Origin: Acidimicrobiales bacterium | GTDB taxonomy: Bacteria; Actinomycetota; Acidimicrobiia; Acidimicrobiales; Ilumatobacteraceae | Reading direction: 5' to 3' | NCBI GenBank assembly: GCA_046331225.1 | Contig: JAXLRF010000005.1 | Location: 166,647 to 230,646, forward strand | Length of the DNA stretch: 64,000 nt | Shown here: positions 1-9,842 of the stretch, piece after piece | Layout: the number at the start of each line of letters is the position of its first letter | How positions within the stretch are numbered: the first letter of the stretch is position 1 | Made by a program: the position numbers and the translations under genes | The notes under the pieces: model-generated | Database searches by the model: none | Told to the model about the DNA's origin: nothing | The model's input: the letters and a program-made list of their open reading frames with translations, nothing else

Positions 1-2
1 GC

Positions 3-704
3 CGCAACGAGATCACGGCGTTCATCGGCCCCTCGGGCTGTGGCAAGACCACGGTGCTGCGTTGTCTCAACCGCATGAACGATGTCATCCCCACGGCACG
101 TGTCGGCGGCAAGGTGCTGTACCACGGCATCGACCTGTACGGGTCCGACGTCTCGGCCACCGAGCTGCGCCGCCGAGTGGGCATGGTGTTCCAGCGACCC
201 AACCCGTTCCCCAAGAGCATCTACGACAACGTCGCGTTCGGCCCCAAGGTGAACGGCATCAAGTCGAAGAGCCAACTCGACGACATCGTCGAGAAGTCGC
301 TGCGCGGCGCCGCGCTGTGGGACGAGGTGAAGACACGCCTCAAGTCGTCGGCGCTCGGCATGTCGGGCGGCCAGCAGCAGCGCCTCTGCATCGCCCGTGC
401 CATCGCCGTCGAACCCGAGGTGATCCTGATGGACGAGCCGTGCTCGGCCCTCGACCCGATCGCCACGGCGCGCATCGAGGACTTGATGCAGGAGATGAAG
501 TCCACGTACACACTGGTGATCGTGACCCACAACATGCAGCAGGCCGCACGCGTGAGCGATCGCACGGCGTTCTTCACCACCGAGGTGAACCCCGAGAGCG
601 ACCGTCGGACGGGCACGCTCGTCGAGTTCGCCCGCACGCGCACGATCTTCTCGAACCCGCGTGACGAGCGGACCGAGCAGTACGTGACGGGGCGGTTCGG
701 CTGA
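3..704 (+). CDS. pstB: Phosphate ABC transporter ATP-binding protein PstB (5' end outside the window)
   Basis: The frame is open to the window edge. Translation from nt 3 reads [16 protein letters not shown] (Walker A), followed by the [14 protein letters not shown] signature and [11 protein letters not shown] (Walker B). The C-terminus [18 protein letters not shown] is PstB-like. phoU follows. Confidence 0.9.
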   Translation, partial: RNEITAFIGPSGCGKTTVLRCLNRMNDVIPTARVGGKVLYHGIDLYGSDVSATELRRRVGMVFQRPNPFPKSIYDNVAFGPKVNGIKSKSQLDDIVEKSLRGAALWDEVKTRLKSSALGMSGGQQQRLCIARAIAVEPEVILMDEPCSALDPIATARIEDLMQEMKSTYTLVIVTHNMQQAARVSDRTAFFTTEVNPESDRRTGTLVEFARTRTIFSNPRDERTEQYVTGRFG

Positions 705-1459
705 TGGACGAGCTGCGTCGCTCCTACCACGACGACCTCGACCACGCGAAGGACGAGCTGGTCCGCCTGGCCGCCGTCGTCACCGAGTCGATCCCGCGCG
801 CCACGGCGGTGCTGCTCGAAGGCGACCTCGAGGGCGCCGACTACCTGATCCGCGGCGACGACGAGATCGACGCCCGGTGCATCGATCTCGAGGAGCACTG
901 CTTCGAGATCCTCGCCCTGCAGGCGCCTGTCGCTCGCGACCTGCGGCAGGTGATCGCGCTCATCAAGATGGTGGCCGAGGTCGAGCGCAGCGCCGATCTG
1001 CTCTGCAACATCTGCAAGGCGGCTCGACGCATCTACGGCCACGAGCTCGACCCGAAGCTGCGCGGGATCATCGCCCGCATGGGCGAGCAGGCCCAGCAGC
1101 TGTACGACGCGGCGATCGAGAGCTTCGTCGAGAACGACGCAGCCAAGGCCGCGGCGATCGACGACATGGACTCGTACCTCGACGGGCTGCAGAAGCAGTT
1201 CGTGCAGGCCATCTTCGAGAGCCACGCCGCCAACCGCATCGACCTGCAGGTCGCGGTGCAACTGGCCGTGGTGGCCCGCTTCTACGAGCGGATCGGCGAC
1301 CACGCGGTCAACATCGGCGAGCGCGTGCGCTACGTCGTGACCGGATGGCTGCCGGAGCACAAGGGCGCCGAGCGGTTCCGCACCCGCGTCGAGAACACGG
1401 GCGAGATCCCGCGCATCCCGGTCGGCCCTGCGACCGAGCTGCCGCAGGCCGACGGCTGA
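704..1459 (+). CDS. phoU: Phosphate signalling regulator PhoU
   Basis: 251 aa all-helical protein with PhoU-type repeats (DDEIDARCIDLEEHCFEILA, and FYERIGDHAVNIGERV near the C-terminus). Its ATG overlaps the pstB stop (ATGA). Confidence 0.85.
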   Translation: MDELRRSYHDDLDHAKDELVRLAAVVTESIPRATAVLLEGDLEGADYLIRGDDEIDARCIDLEEHCFEILALQAPVARDLRQVIALIKMVAEVERSADLLCNICKAARRIYGHELDPKLRGIIARMGEQAQQLYDAAIESFVENDAAKAAAIDDMDSYLDGLQKQFVQAIFESHAANRIDLQVAVQLAVVARFYERIGDHAVNIGERVRYVVTGWLPEHKGAERFRTRVENTGEIPRIPVGPATELPQADG

Positions 1460-1482
1460 CGGTGGAGCGGATCCACGACACG

Positions 1483-2574
1483 ATGAAGCCCTGGTCGAAG
1501 CTCCGCCGCGTGTCGGGCGACGCCGCAGCGGCGCAGCACGCAGCGCTCGCCGAGCAGGCCGCAGCCACGGCGTCGCGTGCCGAGCGACTCGAGCTGTCGC
1601 TGCGCCGCGCCCAGGCGGCACTCGACGGTCTGCCGATCGGCGTGGTGCTGGTCGATGCCGACGGCCAGGTGATCAGTCGCAACCGGGCCACCAACGTGGG
1701 CGGTCACGGCGACGTGCTGCTGCAGGAAGCCGTCGACCGGCAGGTGGCGCAGGCACTGCAAGGACGCGACACGGTTGCGAACGTCGAGTTGTTCGGACCG
1801 CCCAAGCGGGTGCTGCAGGTGCGCGCCACCCCGCAGCCCGACGGCGGAGCGCTCGTGATCGTCGAAGACGTGAGCGAGCGGTCGCGAGTCGACGCGGTGC
1901 GCACCGACTTCGTCGCCAACATCAGCCACGAGCTGAAGACGCCGGTGGGCGCGCTGGCCGTGCTGGCCGAAGCGCTCGCGGACGAGGACGACCTCGAGGT
2001 GGTGCACCGGCTGGCGAACAAGATGGTCGACGAGGCGCATCGCGCCGCGACGTCGATCGACGACCTGCTCGAGTTGTCGCGCATCGAGCTCGGCGGACGG
2101 TCGGTGCGCGACCCCGTCGCCGTGCGCGACGTGCTGCGCGAGTCGGTCATCCGCTCGCTCGCCGGCGCCGAGCAGCGAGGTATCCGGATCGACCTCGACG
2201 AGCCCGACGACGGCATCACCGTGATCGGCGACCGTCGTCAGCTCGTGTCGGCCGTGAGCAACCTGATCGACAACGCAGCGAAGTACAGCGAGGCCGGCTC
2301 GGACGTGCTCGTCACCGCACTCGTGGCGGGTGGGACGGTCGAGATCTCCGTCGAGGACCGCGGCATCGGCATCCCGGCCAAGGACCTCGACCGCATCTTC
2401 GAGCGCTTCTACCGTGTCGACCGAGCCCGCAGCCGCGAGACCGGCGGCACCGGCCTCGGTCTCGCGATCGTCCGCCACGTCGCCACCAACCACGAAGGAG
2501 AGGTGCAGGTGAGATCCACCGAGGGCGAGGGCAGCACGTTCACACTCCGGCTGCCCGTGGCGGTGGCGTCGTGA
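1483..2574 (+). CDS. senX3: Two-component sensor histidine kinase (SenX3/PhoR-like)
   Basis: H-box ISHELKTPV, N-box LIDNAAKYS, G-boxes EDRGIGIP and GGTGLGLAIVRH, and a PAS-like N-terminal region. The call uses the ATG at 1483; an in-frame GTG at 1462 is an alternative start. The stop overlaps the regulator start (GTGA). Confidence 0.8.
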   Translation: MKPWSKLRRVSGDAAAAQHAALAEQAAATASRAERLELSLRRAQAALDGLPIGVVLVDADGQVISRNRATNVGGHGDVLLQEAVDRQVAQALQGRDTVANVELFGPPKRVLQVRATPQPDGGALVIVEDVSERSRVDAVRTDFVANISHELKTPVGALAVLAEALADEDDLEVVHRLANKMVDEAHRAATSIDDLLELSRIELGGRSVRDPVAVRDVLRESVIRSLAGAEQRGIRIDLDEPDDGITVIGDRRQLVSAVSNLIDNAAKYSEAGSDVLVTALVAGGTVEISVEDRGIGIPAKDLDRIFERFYRVDRARSRETGGTGLGLAIVRHVATNHEGEVQVRSTEGEGSTFTLRLPVAVAS

Positions 2575-3284
2575 ACACGCCCACGGTGCTGCTCGTCGAG
2601 GACGAGGAGAGCTTCGTCGACGCCCTGCTCGTCGGGCTGAAGCGCGAAGGCTTCAAGGTCGAGGTCGCCCGCGACGGCTACGAGGCGCTCGAGCGCTTCG
2701 ACCTGGTGCGGCCCGACATCGTGCTGCTCGACGTGATGCTGCCGCGCATCAGCGGCATCGACGTGTGCCGGCAGCTGCGCAAGCGCACCCAGGTACCGAT
2801 CATCATGGTCACCGCGAAGAGCTCGGAGATCGACACGGTGGTCGGGCTCGAGGTGGGGGCCGACGACTACGTCACCAAGCCCTATCGCATCCGCGAACTC
2901 GTGGCCCGCATGCGCGCCGTGCTGCGTCGCAACGCACGAGAGAACGAAGGCGTGGCCGAGCTGAGCGGCGGATCGATCGTCGTCGGCGACGTGGCGCTCG
3001 ACCCCGAGGAGCATCGCGTCACCCTGGCGGGCGAGCCGCTCAACCTGCCGCTCAAGGAGTTCGAGCTGCTGCACCTGCTGATGGCCAACGCCGGGCGCGT
3101 CCTGCCCCGCGAGACCCTGATCGACCGGGTGTGGGGGAGCGACTACGTCGGCGACACCAAGACCCTCGACGTGCACGTGAAGCGCCTGCGCAGCAAACTC
3201 GAGGACGATCCGGCCAACCCGACGCGCATCGTCACGATCCGCGGGCTCGGCTACAAGTACGAACGCTCGAAGGCGCCCGCCTGA
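2571..3284 (+). CDS. regX3: OmpR/PhoB-family response regulator (RegX3-like)
   Basis: Receiver domain (VLLVEDEES, DIVLLDVMLP, TAKSSEID) plus a winged-helix output domain (LKEFELLHLL, DVHVKRLRSKLE, IVTIRGLGYKY). Confidence 0.88.
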   Translation: MNTPTVLLVEDEESFVDALLVGLKREGFKVEVARDGYEALERFDLVRPDIVLLDVMLPRISGIDVCRQLRKRTQVPIIMVTAKSSEIDTVVGLEVGADDYVTKPYRIRELVARMRAVLRRNARENEGVAELSGGSIVVGDVALDPEEHRVTLAGEPLNLPLKEFELLHLLMANAGRVLPRETLIDRVWGSDYVGDTKTLDVHVKRLRSKLEDDPANPTRIVTIRGLGYKYERSKAPA

Positions 3285-3324
3285 CCGGCGGGTCGCCGCG
3301 CCCACTGCGTCGTACGATGCCCCT

Positions 3325-4860
3325 GTGAGCTCACGTCGACCCGCACCCGCCCGCGGGTCACGTCCGGCCGCCCCCACCTCACGATTCGGACGCCTCGCGC
3401 GCACCCACGCGGCGATGGCCGCGGGCGACGCGGCGATGGCCGTGGCGTTGGCCGACTCGGTGCTGTTCAGCCTCGACGCGGATGCCGCTCGCGGGCGCGT
3501 GCTGATGTTCCTGGGGATCAGCTTCGTGCCGTTCCTGTTCGTCGCGCCGCTGATCGGCCCGGCGATCGACCGCATGGCGGGCGGCCGCCGACTGGTGATC
3601 CAGATCATCACGGTGCTGCGCGTGCTGTTGTCGGCGGCGATGGCGTTCAACGCGACGAGCCTGCTGCTGTTCCCGCTCGCGTTCGTCGCGATGGTGGCTC
3701 AGAAGACGTACGCGATCTCGAAGAGCGCGCTGGTGCCGACGGTCGTGCGCAACGACGCCGAACTGGTCGAGGCCAACTCGAAGCTCGGCCTGATCTCGGG
3801 CCTGGTGGGCGCGGTGGCGGTGGTGCCCGCCGGCATCATGCAGAAGACCATCGGCGCCACCGCGACGCTGATGTACTCGGCCGTGATCTTCGGTGTCGCG
3901 TTCGTGATGGCCAACCGGCTGCCACGAGAGGTGATCGCGTCGCGGGCCCCCGGCCACGACGAGGAGGTCGAGCTCAACTCCGACGGTGTGGTGCTCGCCT
4001 CGAACACGATGCTCCTGCTCCGGGCATGCGTCGGGTTCACGTTCTTCCACCTGTTCTTCTGGTTCCGTGCGCAGGACGCCGGGCTGGTGTGGTTCGGCCT
4101 GTCGCTGGGCTTCGCCAGCATCCTCACCATGGGCGGCAACGCGGCTGCTCCGTTCATCAGATCGCGCCTGCGCGAGGAGACGATGCTGGTGGCCACCACC
4201 GCCGTGGTCGCGCTCGCCGGGCTGGGCACCACGTTCCTCGGCGGTGTGGTGTCGGGCATGCTGCTGGCCGGCAGCGTCAACTTCGCCGCCGCCATCGGAC
4301 GCCTCGCGTTCGAGGCGATCGTGCAGCGCGACGCACCCGACGCCAACCGGGGCCGAGCGTTCGCCCAGTACGAGACGCGGTTCCAGCTCGGCTGGGTGGG
4401 TGCGGGTGTGGTGCCCGTGCTGCTGTCGATGCCGGGTCGCCTCGGATTCGTGATCGTCGGGTTCGTCGGCGTGGCGACCGCGCTGTACTACGCGGCCGGC
4501 ACCCGCGCCGTCGAGCGAGGGCACGCGATCCCGCACCCGATCGCCGCGCTCGGCGTCAAGGACGCACTGCGCCGCCGCGCGGCACCGGCGCGGCCACCCG
4601 CTCGCCAGGTCCGCCCGGTCAGGCCGGATGCAGCGCTTCCGGCGCCAGGCGCCGGGGCGCGCCCGGGCGTTCCGCCGCCGCCCCCGCCGCCCCCACCGGG
4701 TCGTCGAGGTCGTCGGGCGGCACCGCGTGCGGGTTCGTCGGGAGGCCCGGACGCAGGTCGATCGCCGCGAGATCGTGCACCACGTCGAAGTGGTTCCGAC
4801 CGACCACCTCGACCGTCGGCACCCCCCACGACGCGGCGAGACGGGCGCTCTGCGCCTTGA
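3325..4860 (+). CDS. MFS-type membrane transporter with a Pro/Arg-rich C-terminal tail
   Basis: About 12 hydrophobic segments in the first ~430 aa, then a low-complexity tail (PPPPPPPPPGRRGRR). There is no earlier stop codon in this frame. The tail overlaps the convergent hydrolase gene. Confidence 0.6.
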   Translation: MSSRRPAPARGSRPAAPTSRFGRLARTHAAMAAGDAAMAVALADSVLFSLDADAARGRVLMFLGISFVPFLFVAPLIGPAIDRMAGGRRLVIQIITVLRVLLSAAMAFNATSLLLFPLAFVAMVAQKTYAISKSALVPTVVRNDAELVEANSKLGLISGLVGAVAVVPAGIMQKTIGATATLMYSAVIFGVAFVMANRLPREVIASRAPGHDEEVELNSDGVVLASNTMLLLRACVGFTFFHLFFWFRAQDAGLVWFGLSLGFASILTMGGNAAAPFIRSRLREETMLVATTAVVALAGLGTTFLGGVVSGMLLAGSVNFAAAIGRLAFEAIVQRDAPDANRGRAFAQYETRFQLGWVGAGVVPVLLSMPGRLGFVIVGFVGVATALYYAAGTRAVERGHAIPHPIAALGVKDALRRRAAPARPPARQVRPVRPDAALPAPGAGARPGVPPPPPPPPPGRRGRRAAPRAGSSGGPDAGRSPRDRAPRRSGSDRPPRPSAPPTTRRDGRSAP

Positions 4861-5497
4861 ACGCCGCGGTCTCGTGCTCGCCGTGCAGCACGAGCACCTG
4901 CATGTCGGGACGAGGGTCGAGCGGCACCGACCACATGGTCGCCGACGACTCGTCGAGCCCGAGCGCGTCGTTGACGTAGGTGTCGACGAGCGGCCGCAAC
5001 AGGTAGATGCCGCTCAGCAGGATCAGGCGATCGATGCGCACCCGCGCCCGTTGCGCGACGTGAGCGGCCAGGTGGGCACCGGCCGAGCTGCCCGACACCG
5101 TGACGTGCGAGGGTGCCAGCTCGCGCACGACCAGTTCGACCGCGGCGACGCACTGGTCGATGATCGTGCCGATCGTCGCCGCCGGCGCGAGCGTGTAGTC
5201 GACCGCGGCGAACGACCGGCCCGCGTCCAGCAGCTCGGCGGCCGGGAACAGCGAGTCGGCAGCGCCGAGCGCCTGCCAGTAGCCGCCGTGCACGAACACG
5301 TGCAGCGGCGCACCGGGCGCCGCTTCGAACACCACCACCCGGTGCGACGGGTCGTCGCCGTACACCAGGTCGCGCGACGGGAGCCGTCCGGCCACGTCGG
5401 CGCTGCGGTGTGCGTAGACCGCGAGCTCGGCTTCGAGCGACGGGATGCAGCTCGACGGCGAGTACTCGAGCTCGTGCGGCGTGCGCTCGTCGGTCAC
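4619..5497 (-). CDS. Alpha/beta hydrolase (esterase/arylformamidase-like)
   Basis: HGGYW oxyanion motif (VFVHGGYWQ) and nucleophile elbow GSSAG (VSGSSAGAH), with a late His (NHFDVVHD). The GTG start at 5497 overlaps the upstream gene's stop (GTGA). Confidence 0.75.
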   Translation of the reverse strand: MTDERTPHELEYSPSSCIPSLEAELAVYAHRSADVAGRLPSRDLVYGDDPSHRVVVFEAAPGAPLHVFVHGGYWQALGAADSLFPAAELLDAGRSFAAVDYTLAPAATIGTIIDQCVAAVELVVRELAPSHVTVSGSSAGAHLAAHVAQRARVRIDRLILLSGIYLLRPLVDTYVNDALGLDESSATMWSVPLDPRPDMQVLVLHGEHETAAFKAQSARLAASWGVPTVEVVGRNHFDVVHDLAAIDLRPGLPTNPHAVPPDDLDDPVGAAGAAAERPGAPRRLAPEALHPA

Positions 5498-6696
5498 AGC
5501 TCGATGCGGGCGAGCCACAGGCCGGGTGCCTCGAGCTCGGCCGGGGTGGGCAGCGACGTCGCCGTGGCGAACAGCTGCGCCAGCGCGCCCTCGCCCGCGC
5601 GGTCGACGACGCCGGCCACGAAGTTCTTGCCCCGCTGCACCAACGCCGGCGTGACCTGCAGACCGAGCAGGCGCTCGATGAACACGTCCTCGGCGCCGGC
5701 CTCGATGCGACGGCGGCGCACGGCCTCGGCGATGCGCAGCGCGTCGCCGCCGATCAGACGAGCAGCGACCGCGTCGACCATGTAGTCGACGTACCCGACC
5801 ACGGCGGCGGTCGACGCGTCGAGCACCGGAGCCATCTGCACCTGCTCGTTCGAGCGCACCGCACCGAGCAGGACCTCGGGGTCGGAGAACGCACGCTGGA
5901 TCGCCGACATCGGATCGCCCGACTCGTCGAGGTCGAGCTCGGCGAGCTTCTGCGACACGCTCGTCGGGTCGGGACGGAACGCCCCGACGTGACGCTGCAC
6001 CAGCGAGATGATCGCCTCGCGGGTGGCGTCGTTGGCGTAGACGGTGTGGCCGATCAGCTCCTGCGACAGCACCCACAGGCGCATCTCGTCGATCGGCAGG
6101 CTCCACTCGTCGGCGAACTGGTCGACGGTGCGCGGCACCACCAGCAGCGCCGAGGTGGAGCGGGGGACCGGCAGGTCGTACTGACCGAACGCTCGAGTGC
6201 CCAGCCGGCCGACCATCGAACCGATCGACATGCCCATCATCGCCGGGGCCATCATCTGGCTCAGGCCGGCCATCATCGCCATCATCGGGTCGTCGGGTGC
6301 GGCCAGGTCGTCGCCCGGCTCGGGCGGACGTGCGAGCGACACCGCCAGTTGCGTGAACAGCGGCCGGTAGTCCTCGAGCGTGCGCTGCGCCCACGCGGCA
6401 GGCGACACCAGCTCGAGCCTCGGTGCCGCGCCCTCGAAGCCGGTGACGTCGCGGACGTGCATCTCGGCGATCGGGAGCAGGTGCTCGTACGCGATGCGCA
6501 CGGTGGGATCGACGTTGGCGTCACCGGCGCCACCCGGACCACTCGAGGTGGCCAGCGCGGCGAACTGCTTGGCCGCATCCCAGTTGAGCGGGCCCTGGCC
6601 CTGCAGCGCCTTGGCCAGGTCGCCGAACAGGGGCAGGTTCGCGAACGGATCGAAGGGGGGCTCACCCCGGCCGGAGCCGGCGTCGTCATCGGCCAT
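5494..6696 (-). CDS. DUF2342/zinc-metalloprotease-like hydrolase (family often annotated as F420-biosynthesis associated)
   Basis: 400 aa. Recognised only by overall resemblance to the actinobacterial family that starts with FDPFANLPLFGDL...GPLNWD. I could not see a clean HExxH motif. Confidence 0.5.
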   Translation of the reverse strand: MADDDAGSGRGEPPFDPFANLPLFGDLAKALQGQGPLNWDAAKQFAALATSSGPGGAGDANVDPTVRIAYEHLLPIAEMHVRDVTGFEGAAPRLELVSPAAWAQRTLEDYRPLFTQLAVSLARPPEPGDDLAAPDDPMMAMMAGLSQMMAPAMMGMSIGSMVGRLGTRAFGQYDLPVPRSTSALLVVPRTVDQFADEWSLPIDEMRLWVLSQELIGHTVYANDATREAIISLVQRHVGAFRPDPTSVSQKLAELDLDESGDPMSAIQRAFSDPEVLLGAVRSNEQVQMAPVLDASTAAVVGYVDYMVDAVAARLIGGDALRIAEAVRRRRIEAGAEDVFIERLLGLQVTPALVQRGKNFVAGVVDRAGEGALAQLFATATSLPTPAELEAPGLWLARIEL

Positions 6697-6737
6697 GACG
6701 GCATGCTACGGCCGCCACCGCAGTAGCGTCAGCGCGC

Positions 6738-7712
6738 ATGACGACCACGGTGCTCACCACGGGTGTGTGGGTGAGCGACGCCGAGAGCGCGCTCGGCACC
6801 CGGGTGCTCGCCAGGCTGGGCACGCACGACGACATCGCGTCGGTACCGCTCGCCGAGGCACAGGTGGTGGTGTTGACCGGTGGTTCGGACCCCGATGCGC
6901 GCGCCCGGCGCCGCGAGAGCGTTGCCGCCGGCGCCGCGGCCACCTTCGCCGAGCTCGGCGCCGCCGAGCACCTCGTCGTCGTGTCGTCGGCGATGGTGTA
7001 CGGCGCCTGGGACAACAACCCGGTGCCGCTCACCGAGGACGCAGCGCTGCGGCCCGACAACCGGTCGCGCTACGCGAGCCAACTGGCCGCCGTCGAGCAG
7101 ATGGCCGACGACTGGCGGCGCAGCGCGCCCGGTCGCACCGTCACCGTGCTGCGGCCCGCCGTGACGATGGCAGCAGACGGCACGTCCGGTCTGGCCCGCG
7201 CGCTGGCGGCGGGCATGGGGCAGCGGTTCGCGGTCGACGATCCACCCGCGCAGTTCCTGCACCTCGACGACCTGGCCGACGCCGTGGTGCTCGCCACCGA
7301 ACGACGGCTCGACGGCGTGTTCAACGTCGCGCCCGACGGCAGCATCCCGGCAGCGTCGGTCCGAGCACTCGCCGGTGCACGACCTCGCGTGCAACTGCCC
7401 GATCGGGTGGCCGAGGTGTGGAACTCGCTGCGCTGGCGGTTCCAGCGCGGGCCCATTCCTCCCGGTCTGCGGTCGTACACGCAGTCGCCGTGGCTCGTCG
7501 CGAACGACCGGCTCAAGGCGGCGGGCTGGCGGCCGACCGTCACCAACGAGCAGGCCTACGTCGAGGGCACCGAGGCCAAGTGGTGGACGATGATCACGCC
7601 CAAGCGCCGACAGGAGCTGGCACTCGGCGGGATGGTGGTCGCCGCGGTGGCGCTCGCCGTGGGCGGCGTGTGGGTCACACGCTGGGCGAGGCGGCGGCGA
7701 GCACGACGCTGA
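6738..7712 (+). CDS. NAD-dependent epimerase/dehydratase (extended SDR)-like protein with a C-terminal TM helix
   Basis: SDR-like core (VVVSSAMVYG, RYASQLAAVE resembling YxxxK-region context, RPAVTMA) and a C-terminal hydrophobic segment LALGGMVVAAVALAVGGVWV. The N-terminal Rossmann glycine motif is degenerate. Confidence 0.55.
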   Translation: MTTTVLTTGVWVSDAESALGTRVLARLGTHDDIASVPLAEAQVVVLTGGSDPDARARRRESVAAGAAATFAELGAAEHLVVVSSAMVYGAWDNNPVPLTEDAALRPDNRSRYASQLAAVEQMADDWRRSAPGRTVTVLRPAVTMAADGTSGLARALAAGMGQRFAVDDPPAQFLHLDDLADAVVLATERRLDGVFNVAPDGSIPAASVRALAGARPRVQLPDRVAEVWNSLRWRFQRGPIPPGLRSYTQSPWLVANDRLKAAGWRPTVTNEQAYVEGTEAKWWTMITPKRRQELALGGMVVAAVALAVGGVWVTRWARRRRARR

Positions 7713-9231
7713 CCACCCGCGTGGCGGGTGTCGCGGTCGGCGAGCCGGGTGACGAGCCCGAGGTGCCGGAACCGGCCGTGCCGGCGGTGTTGCCCGTGTT
7801 TCCGGTGGCGGGCACCGTGGTGCTGGTGGTCGTCGTCGACGTCGAGGCCGTCGTGGTGCTGGTCGACGACGACGCCACCGTGGTGCTGGTGGTCGTCGTG
7901 GTGATCGTGACGCCGGCCCTGGCCGCGAGCGTGAGCTTCACCACGTCGCCCGGCGTGTGCCGTCGCAACGCGTTGACGACGTCGTCGACCGTGGTGACCG
8001 GCGTGCCGTCGACCGCCACGAGTCGCTCGCCGACCATCACCCCGGCGGTCATCGCGGGGCTCCCGGCCGCGACCTTGGCGATCGTGAGCGGCGAGGTCGA
8101 CGAGGCGCTGTCGAACGACAGGCCGATCCACGCGGTCGGGGCCACCGTGGTGGAGGTGGCGCCACCCGTACCCGTCGTGGCACCCGTGACCGCCGTGGTG
8201 GTGGTCGCGTCACCTGCGACGGTGTCGTCGGTGGGCACGGACGTGTCGGTGGTGTCGTCGGTGGTGGCGGGGACCTCGCCGGTGATCGGCACGAACTCGA
8301 CGCGGGCACCCTCGCCGTCGATCACCACGGTGCAGAGCGCGACGAGCGCGCCGCTGTCGTCGATCACCGGCGTGCCCTCGACGATCGTCGACGCATCGAG
8401 CTCGGTGGCCACGTCGCCCGGGGCGTAGGCAACCTCGGTGGGCGTGTCGGACAGCACGGTGACCGGCTGGCCCGGGGCAGCGGCGGCCGTGGCGGCGAAG
8501 CTGACGACCTCGATGCTGGCCGACGGTTCGAGATAGGCGAGATCGCCGTCGATCGACAGCAACTCGGCCGACAAGGGCGACACCTCGTCGGGAGCGCCCG
8601 GGCCCATGAGGGCCACGCCGTCGTTGCTGGTGTCGATCGACGACAGCGCGTTGGCGGTGGTGACCACGTACGAGGCGCCCTCGATCGCGACGGCGACCGA
8701 CACGGGGTGCACGTCGGGGTCGTCCTGCACCGCGTTCGACATCACGAGCACCGTGCTCGGGACGTCGATCGGCGGCAGCGTGAGACCGGGGCTGTCGATC
8801 CAGAGCTGGCTCGTCGAGGTGACGTCGCGTGGCGACGTGAGCTCGGCCTCGCCGGCCTCGGCGACGATCGTGGAGCGCACCGTCACGATCGACGATGTCG
8901 CCGTGGGTCCGGCGTGCGGCGTGCCACCACCGGTGGGTGCCAGCAGGTAGAGCACCGCCACACCGAGCGCCGAACCGATGGCGCCGCTGGTGACCAACAG
9001 GCCACGTCCGATGTGCACCGGCGGTTCGCTGCGCACCCACGCCGCCTGACCCATCTCGGACGGGTGGCGCCAGGTGCGCTCGTGCGGGGGAACGGGGGCA
9101 GCGGGATAGATCGGGTCCGACTCGTCGTCGAACTCCCACGCGTCGTCGCGCGCGTCGTCGGGGCCACTCCGCTCCACGAAGGAGACAGCGTACCGAGGTG
9201 GTCGGGACGGGTGGGATCGCGCGGCCCCCAC
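7675..9231 (-). CDS. Membrane-anchored PDZ-domain protein with a trypsin/HtrA-like region and a Thr-rich tail
   Basis: One TM helix (GLLVTSGAIGSALGVAVLYLLAP). The protease-like segment has DDSGALVAL in the position of GDSGGP. A PDZ-like segment follows (LTIAKVAAGSPAMTAGVMVGERLVAVDGTPV), then a poly-Thr/Ser tail. Confidence 0.6.
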   Translation of the reverse strand: MGAARSHPSRPPRYAVSFVERSGPDDARDDAWEFDDESDPIYPAAPVPPHERTWRHPSEMGQAAWVRSEPPVHIGRGLLVTSGAIGSALGVAVLYLLAPTGGGTPHAGPTATSSIVTVRSTIVAEAGEAELTSPRDVTSTSQLWIDSPGLTLPPIDVPSTVLVMSNAVQDDPDVHPVSVAVAIEGASYVVTTANALSSIDTSNDGVALMGPGAPDEVSPLSAELLSIDGDLAYLEPSASIEVVSFAATAAAAPGQPVTVLSDTPTEVAYAPGDVATELDASTIVEGTPVIDDSGALVALCTVVIDGEGARVEFVPITGEVPATTDDTTDTSVPTDDTVAGDATTTTAVTGATTGTGGATSTTVAPTAWIGLSFDSASSTSPLTIAKVAAGSPAMTAGVMVGERLVAVDGTPVTTVDDVVNALRRHTPGDVVKLTLAARAGVTITTTTTSTTVASSSTSTTTASTSTTTTSTTVPATGNTGNTAGTAGSGTSGSSPGSPTATPATRVVSVVLAAASPSV

Positions 9232-9317
9232 GGACCTCGAGCGGCGGGCCGATGAGTCGAACGGCCCATGCCGACGGCGTGACGAGCCCCGGGGCGTCGG
9301 GCACTCGAACGGCTACG

Positions 9318-9842
9318 ATGCGAGCCGTGCAGCCCCCCGCCGACCGCGACACCTGGGTCGCCCTCACCGACGGCGAGCTGCCGGTCGCTGCGGCGTACGA
9401 CTGGGCCGTGCTGCCCACGTGCGGCGCCGTCGTGCTGTTCAGCGGCACGGTGCGCGACCATGCCGTCGAGGACGGGGTCCTCCGGTCGGACGTGACGTTC
9501 CTCGAGTACGAGGCCTACGAGTCGCAGTGCCTGCCCGTCTTCGAGTCGATCGTCGGCGAGCTGCGCACGCGCTGGCCGCACACCGGTCGGGTCGCGTTGC
9601 TGCATCGCCTCGGCCGCATCGAGCTCGGCGACAGCTCGGTCATCGCCGTGGTCAGCTCGCCCCACCGGCCGGAGGCCTTCGAGGCGGCCAGCTACGCCAT
9701 CGACGCGCTCAAGGCGAGCGCACCGATCTGGAAACACGAGACCTGGGGCGGCGGGACCGCCGGCGCCGGCTCGGGATGGGGCACCAACGCCCACCAACCG
9801 ATCGACCCCGCTGCAGTGCCGACGGTGCGGGGCCCCGAGTGA
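9318..9842 (+). CDS. moaE: Molybdopterin synthase catalytic subunit MoaE
   Basis: GAVVLFSGTVRD, FLEYEAYE, VALLHRLGRIELGDSSVIAVVSSPHR and APIWKHE are classic MoaE blocks. The call uses the ATG at 9318, inside the longer tracked ORF. Confidence 0.85.
   Translation: MRAVQPPADRDTWVALTDGELPVAAAYDWAVLPTCGAVVLFSGTVRDHAVEDGVLRSDVTFLEYEAYESQCLPVFESIVGELRTRWPHTGRVALLHRLGRIELGDSSVIAVVSSPHRPEAFEAASYAIDALKASAPIWKHETWGGGTAGAGSGWGTNAHQPIDPAAVPTVRGPE

Noticed and set aside
2571-2574. MIRU-like intergenic repeats between the sensor kinase and response regulator, as found in mycobacterial senX3-regX3.
   Set aside because: The two genes overlap by 4 nt (GTGA). There is no intergenic space and no repeat.
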